From NCBI GenBank assembly GCA_963583215.1, contig CAUZVG010000001.1, positions 1-40,240 on the forward strand: DNA of 40,240 nt, in the 5' to 3' direction. The notes beneath the pieces are model-generated. The model had not been told where the DNA came from. It searched no databases and worked only from the letters and a program-made list of their open reading frames with translations. The DNA comes from Campylobacterales bacterium. Lineage in GTDB: Bacteria > Campylobacterota > Campylobacteria > Campylobacterales > Sulfurovaceae. The position numbers and the translations under genes are program-made. Positions 18,048 through 27,121 of this stretch are shown piece after piece (the stretch's first letter is position 1; each line of letters starts with the position of its first letter).

Positions 18048-18123
18048 GTATCAAAAGCAAAAGCTTCCGACACTTACGCTAACGCTATGTTTTTCTCAGC
18101 GAAAGGCTCACGCAATTTATTGC
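18048..18123 (-). repeat. Interspersed hairpin-core-hairpin element, copy 1
   Basis: 36-nt core is 28/36 identical, ungapped, to 38205..38240; flanked by two hairpins. Confidence 0.7.
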
Positions 18124-19649
18124 TATTTTGCGTAACTTGTAGCTCTCAGCTCACGTATAACATTCACCTTGATCTCACCAGGGTACTGTACCTTACTTTG
18201 TATCTCGTTGGCAATCTCTTTACTAAGAAGTACAGCTTCATTGTCAGACATTTTTTGGGCATTAACAAAGACACGTATTTCACGGCCTGCATTAATGGCA
18301 TAAGCTTGGGTGACATAAGGCTTTGACGTGGCAATATCTTCTACCTCTTTGACACGTTTGGTAAACGTTTCCATCACTTCACGCCTTGCACCTGGTCTAG
18401 CTGCAGAGAGTGTGTCTGCGGCACAAACAGCTGCAGACTCCACAGAGTCAGGTTCTTCATAGCCATGGTGTGCGTAAATAGCGTTAATGACTGTAGGGTG
18501 TTCCCCATGTTTCCGACAAAGGTCTGCACCTATGTCTACGTGTGAACCACCCAAATCCTGGGTTAAGGCTTTGCCTATGTCATGTAAAAGTCCTGCACGA
18601 AGTGCTAACTTTTCATCTCCACCCATCTCTGCTGCCATAACACGTGCCAGTTTGGCTACTTCTAAGGTATGTGCCAAAGCATTTTGTCCATAAGATGCCC
18701 GATACTTCATTCGTCCAAGTAAACGTACCAACTCTTCTGCCATAGGAAACAATCCTAACTCTATGATAATGTTTTCACCCTCTTCATAGGTTTTTTGCTC
18801 AAACTCTGCCAACACTTTTTCATGCACCTCTTCAATACGTCCAGGGTGAATACGCCCATCTTCAATGAGTATTTCTATGACCCTTGTGGCAATGGCCCTT
18901 CTATAGAGGTTAAAAGAGGAGACCAAAATAACCCCTGGGGTTTCATCAACCACAATGTCTACCCCTAAAAGCATTTCAAGGCTTTTAATGTTTCGCCCTT
19001 CTTTTCCAATGATACGCCCTTTATGCTCATCACTAGGAAGGTTAATCAGATTAATCAGTCTTTCACCTGCAAAATCACCCGCATACCTTGTGGTGGCTTG
19101 AGCCAAAATGTAATTGGCTTTTTTCTCCCCCTCCACTTTTGCTTCTTGTACATACTTACGCACAATAGCAGCCACATCTGCACGGCTTTGCGTTTCTACT
19201 TTTTCTAAAATGTATGCTTTGGCCTCTTCTTTAGTAAAGCCAGACACATTTTGCATCACGTCAATCGACTTAGCAATCTCTTCTTGCTTTTGTCTCTCTA
19301 AACTTTCTAGCTTTTTTTCCTCTGTTAAGAGTTTTGTTTCTAAACGTGAAATGTTCTCTTTGCTCAGTTCTAGTTCTTTGTTTTGTAAAATGAGTGTGCG
19401 GTTACGTTCGTCTACTTTGTGTACACGTTCTTGAAATTCTCTTTCTTGTTCTAACTCTTTTTCTTTCACTTTCACTGCGGCTGATTTGAGTAAGTGTTCT
19501 GCTTCTTGTGCCATCACTTTGGCTTTTGCTTTGGCTTCAAGTTCTAAGTGGTTAAATCTATTTTTGGCACTTCTTTTGAGCCAAACATAACTTAATGCGA
19601 CACCTAAAACAAGGCCAGCAAGGCTTGAAATGCCTATCGTTCCTAACAT
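18123..19649 (-). CDS. rny: Ribonuclease Y
   Basis: N-terminal TM, coiled coil, KH domain (KGRIIGKEGRNI), HD domain (LLHDIGK), SAARPGAR. Confidence 0.97.
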   Translation of the reverse strand: MLGTIGISSLAGLVLGVALSYVWLKRSAKNRFNHLELEAKAKAKVMAQEAEHLLKSAAVKVKEKELEQEREFQERVHKVDERNRTLILQNKELELSKENISRLETKLLTEEKKLESLERQKQEEIAKSIDVMQNVSGFTKEEAKAYILEKVETQSRADVAAIVRKYVQEAKVEGEKKANYILAQATTRYAGDFAGERLINLINLPSDEHKGRIIGKEGRNIKSLEMLLGVDIVVDETPGVILVSSFNLYRRAIATRVIEILIEDGRIHPGRIEEVHEKVLAEFEQKTYEEGENIIIELGLFPMAEELVRLLGRMKYRASYGQNALAHTLEVAKLARVMAAEMGGDEKLALRAGLLHDIGKALTQDLGGSHVDIGADLCRKHGEHPTVINAIYAHHGYEEPDSVESAAVCAADTLSAARPGARREVMETFTKRVKEVEDIATSKPYVTQAYAINAGREIRVFVNAQKMSDNEAVLLSKEIANEIQSKVQYPGEIKVNVIRELRATSYAK

Positions 19650-19669
19650 AATGGGTCCTTTTTGGACGT

Positions 19670-20230
19670 TTATGCAGGCGCTATAATTTTATCTGCTTTT
19701 ACATCATAATGGTTTGTAACGAGGGTATGTGTATAACAAAGTTTACGCGCTACAAAAACGACTTCTTTTATATTTTTATGGTTCTTTTCAAAAAATCGGT
19801 CATACATTCCTTTGCCAAACCCCACACGTCTATGTGTCAAGTCTACACCCACAATAGGAACAATGGCCATATCTATTTGTTTATTTCTAACTTGTTTTGA
19901 ATCTTTTGGTTCTTTAATACCAAAGCGTTTACTCTGCAATGGTAACCTATATTTTACCAACCTAAAACTTGCACCTTCCATAAATGGCACATAGAGTTTT
20001 CTCTTTTCTTTGCGTAGTTTTAAAATAAGCGGAAAAAGGTTTACTTCCATGCCAAGGGGGATATAGAGCATAATACTTTGTGCATTGGCTTGTACAATTT
20101 CATGATACAGCCTCGCTAAGACAAACTTATCTTTAATATAAGCACCTTGTCTTGAAGCCTTTTTTAAAGAGGCTATGGATGCTTTTCTAAATGCATCTTT
20201 TGTCATCTCTTTGGTCATCTCTTTTGTCAT
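19670..20230 (-). CDS. ygfA: 5-formyltetrahydrofolate cyclo-ligase
   Basis: FGIKEP, IVPIVG.D...RVGFGKGMYDRF; N-terminal MTKE-MTKE-MTKD repeat. Confidence 0.92.
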   Translation of the reverse strand: MTKEMTKEMTKDAFRKASIASLKKASRQGAYIKDKFVLARLYHEIVQANAQSIMLYIPLGMEVNLFPLILKLRKEKRKLYVPFMEGASFRLVKYRLPLQSKRFGIKEPKDSKQVRNKQIDMAIVPIVGVDLTHRRVGFGKGMYDRFFEKNHKNIKEVVFVARKLCYTHTLVTNHYDVKADKIIAPA

Positions 20231-20324
20231 ATTAATCCTGTTTCGATATAATCGCGTTCTATTATAACCACTGAATAAACTAAGTATTCTCTGGTTCTAT
20301 TATACAACATCTAAAAGGTACAGC

Positions 20325-20996
20325 GTGCACAAATTTCATGTCCTACTTCTTGTTTTATTATTTTTAGGCCTAAATGGCTGTGAAAAGAAAGAAACAGACA
20401 AAACCATTCCTATTGAGAACTGTACCATAGCACTTAAGTCTTCTTCTGAGCATAACAATTCTAATGTATTTGAAGCCAGTAAAAAAAGCAAAGAAGAAAG
20501 ATCAAATAAAACGCTTTGTCTGAGTCCTTCTCAGACAGCTATTTTCACACTCTCTGATGATAAAAACCATTCGTATACTGTTCAGGTATTCCAAAAAAGT
20601 ATAGCAATTAAAAAAGAGACACGACCTATCACCCTCCTTACCTTTTTTGCAACTTGGTGTCCCCCTTGTGTGGCTAACATCCCTTACTTCAATGACTTAG
20701 AACAAAAATACAATGACAAAGTCTTCATCTCTTCTGTCTTAATTCATGATAGGATAAAGCCAGAACTTTTCCAAGCCTTTTTAAACACACATAAAATGAG
20801 ATACTTTGTTTCAAATAGTCTAGATAACGACCATTTTGCATCTTTACTTACCAAAACATTAGGCTTGCCTGAGAACTACAGCATTCCTCTTAGCATTTTG
20901 TATGTCCATGGGAAGTATTTTACACATTATGAAGGTGCTGTTCCTGTGGAAATGTTAGAGTACGATATACGACAAGCCATACAAACATTAAAATAA
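20325..20996 (+). CDS. TlpA-like thioredoxin-fold lipoprotein
   Basis: Lipobox LNGC; FFATWCPPC. Confidence 0.85.
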   Translation: MHKFHVLLLVLLFLGLNGCEKKETDKTIPIENCTIALKSSSEHNNSNVFEASKKSKEERSNKTLCLSPSQTAIFTLSDDKNHSYTVQVFQKSIAIKKETRPITLLTFFATWCPPCVANIPYFNDLEQKYNDKVFISSVLIHDRIKPELFQAFLNTHKMRYFVSNSLDNDHFASLLTKTLGLPENYSIPLSILYVHGKYFTHYEGAVPVEMLEYDIRQAIQTLK

Positions 20997-21020
20997 AATA
21001 CCAAAAAAAAAGGGAAACAC

Positions 21021-21887
21021 ATGTTCAATTTATTTAAAAAAGTTTTAGGTAGAACCAATAAAGCCATCAAAGAAGTGGCTCCCACAAAACGTAAAAGCAT
21101 CCCAAAAGATGAGTTTGAAGAGATACTACTCGAAGCAGATGTACATTATGACTTAGTGGAGAGACTTTTAAAAGGTCTGCCTGAGAACATCAACCGCATT
21201 CAAGCATTCAACTCCCTCATCTCGGTCTTTCAATACAAAGCTGACTTTAAAAACTCAGATGACAAACCTTTTGTAGAAATGGTTATTGGTGTGAATGGTG
21301 CAGGAAAAACCACCACCATTGCAAAACTTGCTTACCGCTATAAACAAGAAGGCAAATCTGTCATCTTAGGTGCAGGTGACACCTTCCGTGCCGCAGCCAT
21401 TGAGCAATTAAGCCGCTGGGCAGATAGACTGAACATTCCCATTATTGCTACACAACAAGGACATGATCCTTCAGCAGTGGTCTACGACACCATTGAGTCA
21501 GCCATTGCAAAAAACTATGACCACATCATCATAGACACCGCAGGAAGACTACACACCCAAACCAACCTCTCTGAAGAGCTTAAAAAAATGATCCGTATCG
21601 CAGGAAAAGCCAAAGAGGGAGCACCTCATAGAAAAATGCTTATTTTAGATGGCACACAAGGTTCTTCTTCTATCAACCAGGCCAAAGCCTTTAATGAAAT
21701 GATTGGGATTGATGGGATTATTATTACGAAACTAGATGGTACAGCCAAAGGGGGTTCTGTCTTAAGTATTGCAGATGAGTTACAAATGCCTATTTTTTAC
21801 ATTGGTACAGGAGAGCAACCTGAGGACCTCATCACCTTTAAGGCCAATGCCTACATTAACACTATTTTAGATGAGATTTTCGTCTAA
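21021..21887 (+). CDS. ftsY: SRP receptor FtsY
   Basis: GVNGAGKTTTIAKLA, DTFRAAA, DTAGR, TKLDGTAKGG. Confidence 0.97.
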   Translation: MFNLFKKVLGRTNKAIKEVAPTKRKSIPKDEFEEILLEADVHYDLVERLLKGLPENINRIQAFNSLISVFQYKADFKNSDDKPFVEMVIGVNGAGKTTTIAKLAYRYKQEGKSVILGAGDTFRAAAIEQLSRWADRLNIPIIATQQGHDPSAVVYDTIESAIAKNYDHIIIDTAGRLHTQTNLSEELKKMIRIAGKAKEGAPHRKMLILDGTQGSSSINQAKAFNEMIGIDGIIITKLDGTAKGGSVLSIADELQMPIFYIGTGEQPEDLITFKANAYINTILDEIFV

Positions 21888-21904
21888 AATAGTCCCTTCA
21901 TTTA

Positions 21905-22597
21905 CTACTCTTCTTCACTTAAGCCAAAAGCTTTACGGTAACTTATCGCTAAGTTTGTTTTGTCTTTATAGTCTATCAAATCACCCACAACCAAAGTGAC
22001 TTCTTGTTTGAGGTTTTTGTCTGCCAAAGCTTTTGAAAGTACGTCATTGGCATCTGTTTTAATATACAATGGCAAAATGGGTAAACGGTTTTTTAGTGCA
22101 ATAATCCTCGCACCTTCTTTAAAACTTGCTAACGCTTTACCTGTTTTGTTTCGTGTACCTTCAGGAAAAATGAAAATCGACTCTCCACGTTTAACCGCAG
22201 CTTTAATATCTGAAAAAAAGCCAGACATTTGACTCTTTTCTCTGTCTAAAAGTATGGAACCTGCATTTCGTACAAAAAGTCCAAAGAAAAATGAGTTATA
22301 GAGCTCTTTTTTAGAAATCCATGGACCAAAAATATTTGTCTTTTTTAAAGCCACTTCTGTAATAGGTGGGTCAATAATACTTCTATGGTTAATCAGCACT
22401 AAAAACTTACCCTCAGTGGGTAGTTTCTCTTCGTTTTCTATGTTCACTGTTATATTTAAAGTTTTTAATTGTGCTTCAGAATACCCTAAACGTAAACGTT
22501 TAATTTCACTTTGGTCGTCTATTTTACGTAAACGGAAGCCAAAACTGTTGGTCAAATATAAACCATATATGGTTTGTTTAATTGCATTAAATGTCAC
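21905..22597 (-). CDS. Lysophospholipid acyltransferase (PlsC family)
   Basis: NHRSIID, FPEGTR. Confidence 0.88.
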   Translation of the reverse strand: MTFNAIKQTIYGLYLTNSFGFRLRKIDDQSEIKRLRLGYSEAQLKTLNITVNIENEEKLPTEGKFLVLINHRSIIDPPITEVALKKTNIFGPWISKKELYNSFFFGLFVRNAGSILLDREKSQMSGFFSDIKAAVKRGESIFIFPEGTRNKTGKALASFKEGARIIALKNRLPILPLYIKTDANDVLSKALADKNLKQEVTLVVGDLIDYKDKTNLAISYRKAFGLSEEE

Positions 22598-22661
22598 AAA
22601 AACTCCTTAGTGGCCGAATTATAACCAAAAGAAGTAAATTAAAAATAGTGTAAAACGTAAA

Positions 22662-22682
22662 AATATGTCAATTTGACATATT
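22662..22682. promoter_or_regulatory. 10-1-10 perfect inverted repeat between the divergent plsC-like and radA genes (putative operator)
   Basis: AATATGTCAA-T-TTGACATATT. Confidence 0.45.
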
Positions 22683-22740
22683 ATGCGAGCTAAAGAAAAA
22701 TTTAGCTTACAATACTCCCATACAAAACAGGAGTCTTTTA

Positions 22741-24090
22741 ATGGCAAAGAAAAAAACACTATTTGAATGTCAAGCATGTGGATTTCAATCCCCAAGATGG
22801 ATGGGAAAATGTACCTCATGTAACGAATGGGAAAGTATGGTAGAACTCTCTACCGATCAAATTAAATTTATTAAAGAAATGGCTAGTGCTTCCTCGCCGA
22901 CTGGCATAAGCAAAGCCAAACCCATCACCCAAATAAGTGAAGACAACATCACCCGTTTTACTTCAGGAAGCATTGAACTTGACCTTGTACTTGGAGGTGG
23001 CATTGTGCCAGGTTCACTCACACTCATTGGTGGAAGTCCTGGGGTTGGAAAGTCTACCTTACTTCTCAAAATTGCTGGTAACTTAGCAAGAGAGTCAAAA
23101 AAAGTACTCTATGTCTCAGGGGAAGAGTCTGCCGGACAAATCAAACTACGCGCCAACCGTTTAGACGCCAACCACGATAACCTCTATCTACTCCCTGAAA
23201 TTAGCCTCAACGCGGTCATTGCAGAGATAAACCATCAAAAGTATGAACTCATTGTCATTGACTCCATTCAAACCCTCTACTCAGACGACACCCCTTCTGC
23301 ACCAGGCTCAGTCACACAAGTGCGTACCATTACTTTTGAGCTCATGCGTATAGCCAAATCTTTACACATCCCCATCTTCATCATTGGTCATATCACCAAA
23401 GACGGCTCCATCGCAGGGCCAAGAGTACTTGAACATATGGTCGATACCGTACTGTACTTTGAGGGGGACACAAACTCAGACTTAAGACTTCTTAGAGGGT
23501 TTAAAAACCGTTTTGGTGCCACAAATGAAGTAGGTATTTTTGAAATGAACAAAGAGGGTTTAAACGATGCCAAGTCTATGGCAGGTAAATTTTTTGATAA
23601 AGACAAACTACAGTCAGGTTCTGCGCTCACAGTCATTATGGAAGGAAGCCGTCCTATCATCATCGAAGTGCAAGCCCTCGTCTCAGAGTCTTACGGACAT
23701 CCCAAACGCTCTTCTACTGGTTTTGACAACAACCGTTTAGGAATGTTACTGGCTTTATTAGAAAAAAAACTAGACTTACCTTTAGGAACCTATGATGTTT
23801 TTATTAACATCTCTGGTGGCATTAAAATCAATGACCCCTCTGCTGACTTGGCCATTATTGCAGCAATATTGAGTTCTTACAGAAACCGTGAACTCTCTTC
23901 AGACAGTATCTTCTTGGGTGAAGTTTCACTCACAGGTGAAATAAGGGAAGTCTTAGGACTCACACAAAGGCTCAAAGAGCTAGAAACACAAGGTTTTTCT
24001 AAAGCAATCATCCCCAATACACCCCAGGAAAAAACCAATATCAAATGTTTTGTGGCAGATGAAGTGGCAAAAGTTGTTGAGTGGATGTAA
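22741..24090 (+). CDS. radA: DNA repair protein RadA/Sms
   Basis: C4 zinc finger, GSPGVGKSTL, KNRFG, Lon-like C-terminus. Confidence 0.97.
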   Translation: MAKKKTLFECQACGFQSPRWMGKCTSCNEWESMVELSTDQIKFIKEMASASSPTGISKAKPITQISEDNITRFTSGSIELDLVLGGGIVPGSLTLIGGSPGVGKSTLLLKIAGNLARESKKVLYVSGEESAGQIKLRANRLDANHDNLYLLPEISLNAVIAEINHQKYELIVIDSIQTLYSDDTPSAPGSVTQVRTITFELMRIAKSLHIPIFIIGHITKDGSIAGPRVLEHMVDTVLYFEGDTNSDLRLLRGFKNRFGATNEVGIFEMNKEGLNDAKSMAGKFFDKDKLQSGSALTVIMEGSRPIIIEVQALVSESYGHPKRSSTGFDNNRLGMLLALLEKKLDLPLGTYDVFINISGGIKINDPSADLAIIAAILSSYRNRELSSDSIFLGEVSLTGEIREVLGLTQRLKELETQGFSKAIIPNTPQEKTNIKCFVADEVAKVVEWM

Positions 24091-24108
24091 TTACGCTACA
24101 CTATAGCT

Positions 24109-24459
24109 ATGAAAATAGGCACAGACATTATACAAATTAAACGTATTGAAAAACTCTTAGAAAAATACCCAGACAGCTTTAAACAACGCTTTTTAAATGA
24201 AGATGAGATTAGGCGTGCAAAGAAAATAGAAAGCATTGCAGGTCTTTGGGCAGCAAAAGAAGCTATATCCAAAGCTTTAGGCTGTGGGATAGGTGCAGAG
24301 TTGGCTTTCCACGATATACATATCAGCAAAGATGCACGTGGTGCGCCGCACTTTATACTCTCCAAAGAAGCCCAAAAAACCCATGCCATTAAAGAGAGTT
24401 CTCTTTCCATTAGTCATGATGGTGGTTTTGCCATAGCCATTGCAGCCATCATAAAATAA
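24109..24459 (+). CDS. acpS: Holo-ACP synthase
   Basis: IGTDII, AGLWAAKEA.SKALG.GI, SISHD. Confidence 0.95.
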   Translation: MKIGTDIIQIKRIEKLLEKYPDSFKQRFLNEDEIRRAKKIESIAGLWAAKEAISKALGCGIGAELAFHDIHISKDARGAPHFILSKEAQKTHAIKESSLSISHDGGFAIAIAAIIK

Positions 24460-24483
24460 TATCTTAGTTTAGGAGATCCACTT

Positions 24484-24921
24484 ATGAAATCTTTACTCTT
24501 TACAACACTTAGTGCCGCACTTCTTGTCAGTTGTACCTCACCCTTCTCACCTAGTGTAGACAAACAAGCAGCTACACAAAACACGCTAAAACCTGTCAGC
24601 ACAACACCTACCAGACAAGCTCTAGCTATGCCTCCCGCACCGCCAAGTACACATGTAGACAAAGAGGTAGAAGACAACAACTACCAAGAGCACTACATGT
24701 ATCCGGAAGATGGTTCTGCTGCCAAAAAAGATCCTCTAGAAAAAAATCCTCTCAAACAAGAGACAGAAACTTCTTCAGTCACCGCCACAGAGACTATGAC
24801 AAAAGAAGCCTGTATTAGCATGATAGGCCAAGAGAAGTTTGACAAGTATTCAGAGATGTTTGGCAGTGAAGAAGCTTCCATTAAACGTTGTAGCATGATG
24901 AAAGCCATGCAAAAAAACTAA
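24484..24921 (+). CDS. Hypothetical lipoprotein
   Basis: AGGAG SD; lipobox LVSC; low-complexity linker; C-terminal two-Cys helical module. Confidence 0.8.
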   Translation: MKSLLFTTLSAALLVSCTSPFSPSVDKQAATQNTLKPVSTTPTRQALAMPPAPPSTHVDKEVEDNNYQEHYMYPEDGSAAKKDPLEKNPLKQETETSSVTATETMTKEACISMIGQEKFDKYSEMFGSEEASIKRCSMMKAMQKN

Positions 24922-24942
24922 AAAGAAGAAGAAATTTCATTC

Positions 24943-25929
24943 TTACTTCTTAAAATGTATCATTTTAAACCTATCACCCATCATTGTAGGAGCAATCAAC
25001 GTTTTGATTTTGTCTGCTTCTGAAGCATAACGTGCTTGACTTGCCTGTTTGGAAAACTGCTCCAAGATGTCAATAAGTCCAAAACGTATCAGCGCACGTG
25101 CTTGTGTCTCATAGGCCTCTTCTTTAAAACCTGCTTTTACAAAAGCTTCAGAGACATGGGCAAAGTTCACATCATAGGTAATGTCATCTTTTTTAAAGCT
25201 CTCCGCCAACACCAACTCTTCATCAAAAAGAGGAAATGTTTCATGTTTTCTGTAGATACGTATAGAGAAGTCATTACGCACATACTTCTCGCCATAGTCG
25301 AAAGTAACAAAATCACAGTGTTGTATGCCTTTTGCCATCTCTTTGGCAAAGTCTTCATAGCCTACAGCCACTTCACCTTGTTTTAAGTGATGTTTTTTAG
25401 CCCATTCGAGCATTTCTTTAGGTGCTTCTTTCCAGATAATTTCATCTTCTTTTACAAAGGCAATTTTTTCATCTTTTAAGAGTTCACAAGGAAAAGCATC
25501 GAAAATTTCATTGGCAACCACAAAAGCATAGTCTACTTCCACTTCCGCAATGTCATCAAAATGTGTGATTTGAATGTCATCTCCAAAACGCTCTTTTATG
25601 TAAGCCAATTGTGCTTTTTGTACTTCAACTTGGCGCTCCACTATGCCAAACTTTAATGTCTTCACTAAGTCAGGGTCACAGGTATACAACCACTGTATCA
25701 TGTCACAAAGTAGGTACCCTTGGTGGGCTCCAATCTCTATAAGCCAGCCATTTTTATCGGCTTTGCCAGATTTGAGTAAGTCATAAAAATGGTTTGCAAT
25801 ACTTGCTCCAAAAAATGAAGAGGTACTCACAGCTGTATAAAAATCCCCACCTTTACCAATGGCTTTAAAATCTTTATAATACCCCTCTTCGCCATAGAGC
25901 CATTCATGCATGTAGCTACTAAAGTACAT
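24943..25929 (-). CDS. MidA/NDUFAF7-family SAM-dependent methyltransferase
   Basis: GYY...IGK.GDFYTA, EIGA..G, ANEIFDAFP, FDYG, DITYDVNF, MG.RFK. Confidence 0.9.
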   Translation of the reverse strand: MYFSSYMHEWLYGEEGYYKDFKAIGKGGDFYTAVSTSSFFGASIANHFYDLLKSGKADKNGWLIEIGAHQGYLLCDMIQWLYTCDPDLVKTLKFGIVERQVEVQKAQLAYIKERFGDDIQITHFDDIAEVEVDYAFVVANEIFDAFPCELLKDEKIAFVKEDEIIWKEAPKEMLEWAKKHHLKQGEVAVGYEDFAKEMAKGIQHCDFVTFDYGEKYVRNDFSIRIYRKHETFPLFDEELVLAESFKKDDITYDVNFAHVSEAFVKAGFKEEAYETQARALIRFGLIDILEQFSKQASQARYASEADKIKTLIAPTMMGDRFKMIHFKK

Positions 25930-27121
25930 TTTCCACCCTGACGTAAAGTTTGAGTAACTGCACTTGTTTGTCTATGGTATAAATTTTTTGATCTAGTTTT
26001 CTAATGTTAAGTGAATTGTGCATGATGGCTGTGTCTAACGAAGTTTTTTCACCAGCATCAGCCAAGTTCTTAGTCACACGATAAAGACTCTTATAAATAC
26101 TTTCATCTTTTTTTGCCAAAAGGATTTTTCTATCTAAGACATCTAAGCTATTGACAATCCACTGATACTCTTCTAAGACTTTCTCTTGTCTGTCTATGAC
26201 TTGTACAGCAGCTCTTAACTTTTCTACTTTAGAGGCTTCAACATCTGCAAAAGCATTGATGTCTAAAGGCATTGAGACAGCAAAACCATAGTTATAATAC
26301 TCCTCCTGCAGTCTAGAACCTGGTCCAACAAACAGTGGATTGATGTCGCCATTGATGTACTGCCCCTGTAGAGAAACGGTAGGTAAATACTTTGCCCAAG
26401 TGATTTTTTCATTGTAGTCTGAGACTTCAGCACGCAGCCTGTCTGTTTTTAAATCAAGGTTTTCTCGCGTGTAATTTTCACGGTTCATCAATTTTAATTT
26501 CGGCAACGTCAAGGCTTCTGGATTTTTATCGGAGATAAGTGCAAAACGCTGTTTTAACTCTAAAAGATTAAGCTCCAACTCCAGCAAAGAAGCTTCATCT
26601 TGACTCTTGTTCAAAATAGCTTGGTCTAAAAAACTACTGTCTAAAAGACCTGCTTCATAAGAGTCACGTTTTTGACGTATGTCTATCTTATCATTTTTAA
26701 TCAACAGAGACATCTTCTTTTGTTCAAGTTTATTTTTTTTCAAGTTAAACAGAATGGAGACGGCATCCCCAATAAGTTTTCGTCTTTGCAGGGTTAAATC
26801 TGCCGCATTTGCATGGCGTAAAGCATCAGAGTAGAGTATGGCATAGTAAATCCCTCCAGACCTAAAAATAGGCTGGTCAATAGTGACAGAGTACGTCCCA
26901 AGTCCTACCTTCTCCCCAATAAACTGTGTGGTGTAATTTTTACGGTACTGCAAGAGTATAGGGTTCACCCAAGACTTTGAAAGTTTGTCACTCTCTAAGT
27001 CATTGGCTTCAAAGTCGTACTCAAAAAGCAAAGATTTATTGCTTGAAAGTATAGAGCCTAAGTCATCTGCTTGGAGCGTGCAAAAGGCTAGAAAACTACA
27101 AAGAAGAAATAACTTTTTCAA
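25919..27121 (-). CDS. TolC-family outer membrane efflux protein
   Basis: Signal peptide from the probable TTG start (MKKLFLLCSF...); repeated OEP architecture (QPIFRSGG, YEAG, YLPTVSL, AGEK). Confidence 0.78.
   Translation of the reverse strand: MKKLFLLCSFLAFCTLQADDLGSILSSNKSLLFEYDFEANDLESDKLSKSWVNPILLQYRKNYTTQFIGEKVGLGTYSVTIDQPIFRSGGIYYAILYSDALRHANAADLTLQRRKLIGDAVSILFNLKKNKLEQKKMSLLIKNDKIDIRQKRDSYEAGLLDSSFLDQAILNKSQDEASLLELELNLLELKQRFALISDKNPEALTLPKLKLMNRENYTRENLDLKTDRLRAEVSDYNEKITWAKYLPTVSLQGQYINGDINPLFVGPGSRLQEEYYNYGFAVSMPLDINAFADVEASKVEKLRAAVQVIDRQEKVLEEYQWIVNSLDVLDRKILLAKKDESIYKSLYRVTKNLADAGEKTSLDTAIMHNSLNIRKLDQKIYTIDKQVQLLKLYVRVENVL

Noticed and set aside
20231-20324. 6S RNA upstream of ygfA (a common synteny)
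   Set aside because: The gap is only 94 nt, holds divergent promoter elements and has no long rod-like complementarity.
21003-21011. A9 homopolymer before ftsY as a phase-variation tract
   Set aside because: Short A-runs are expected in AT-rich intergenic DNA; there are no long poly-G/C tracts in the window.
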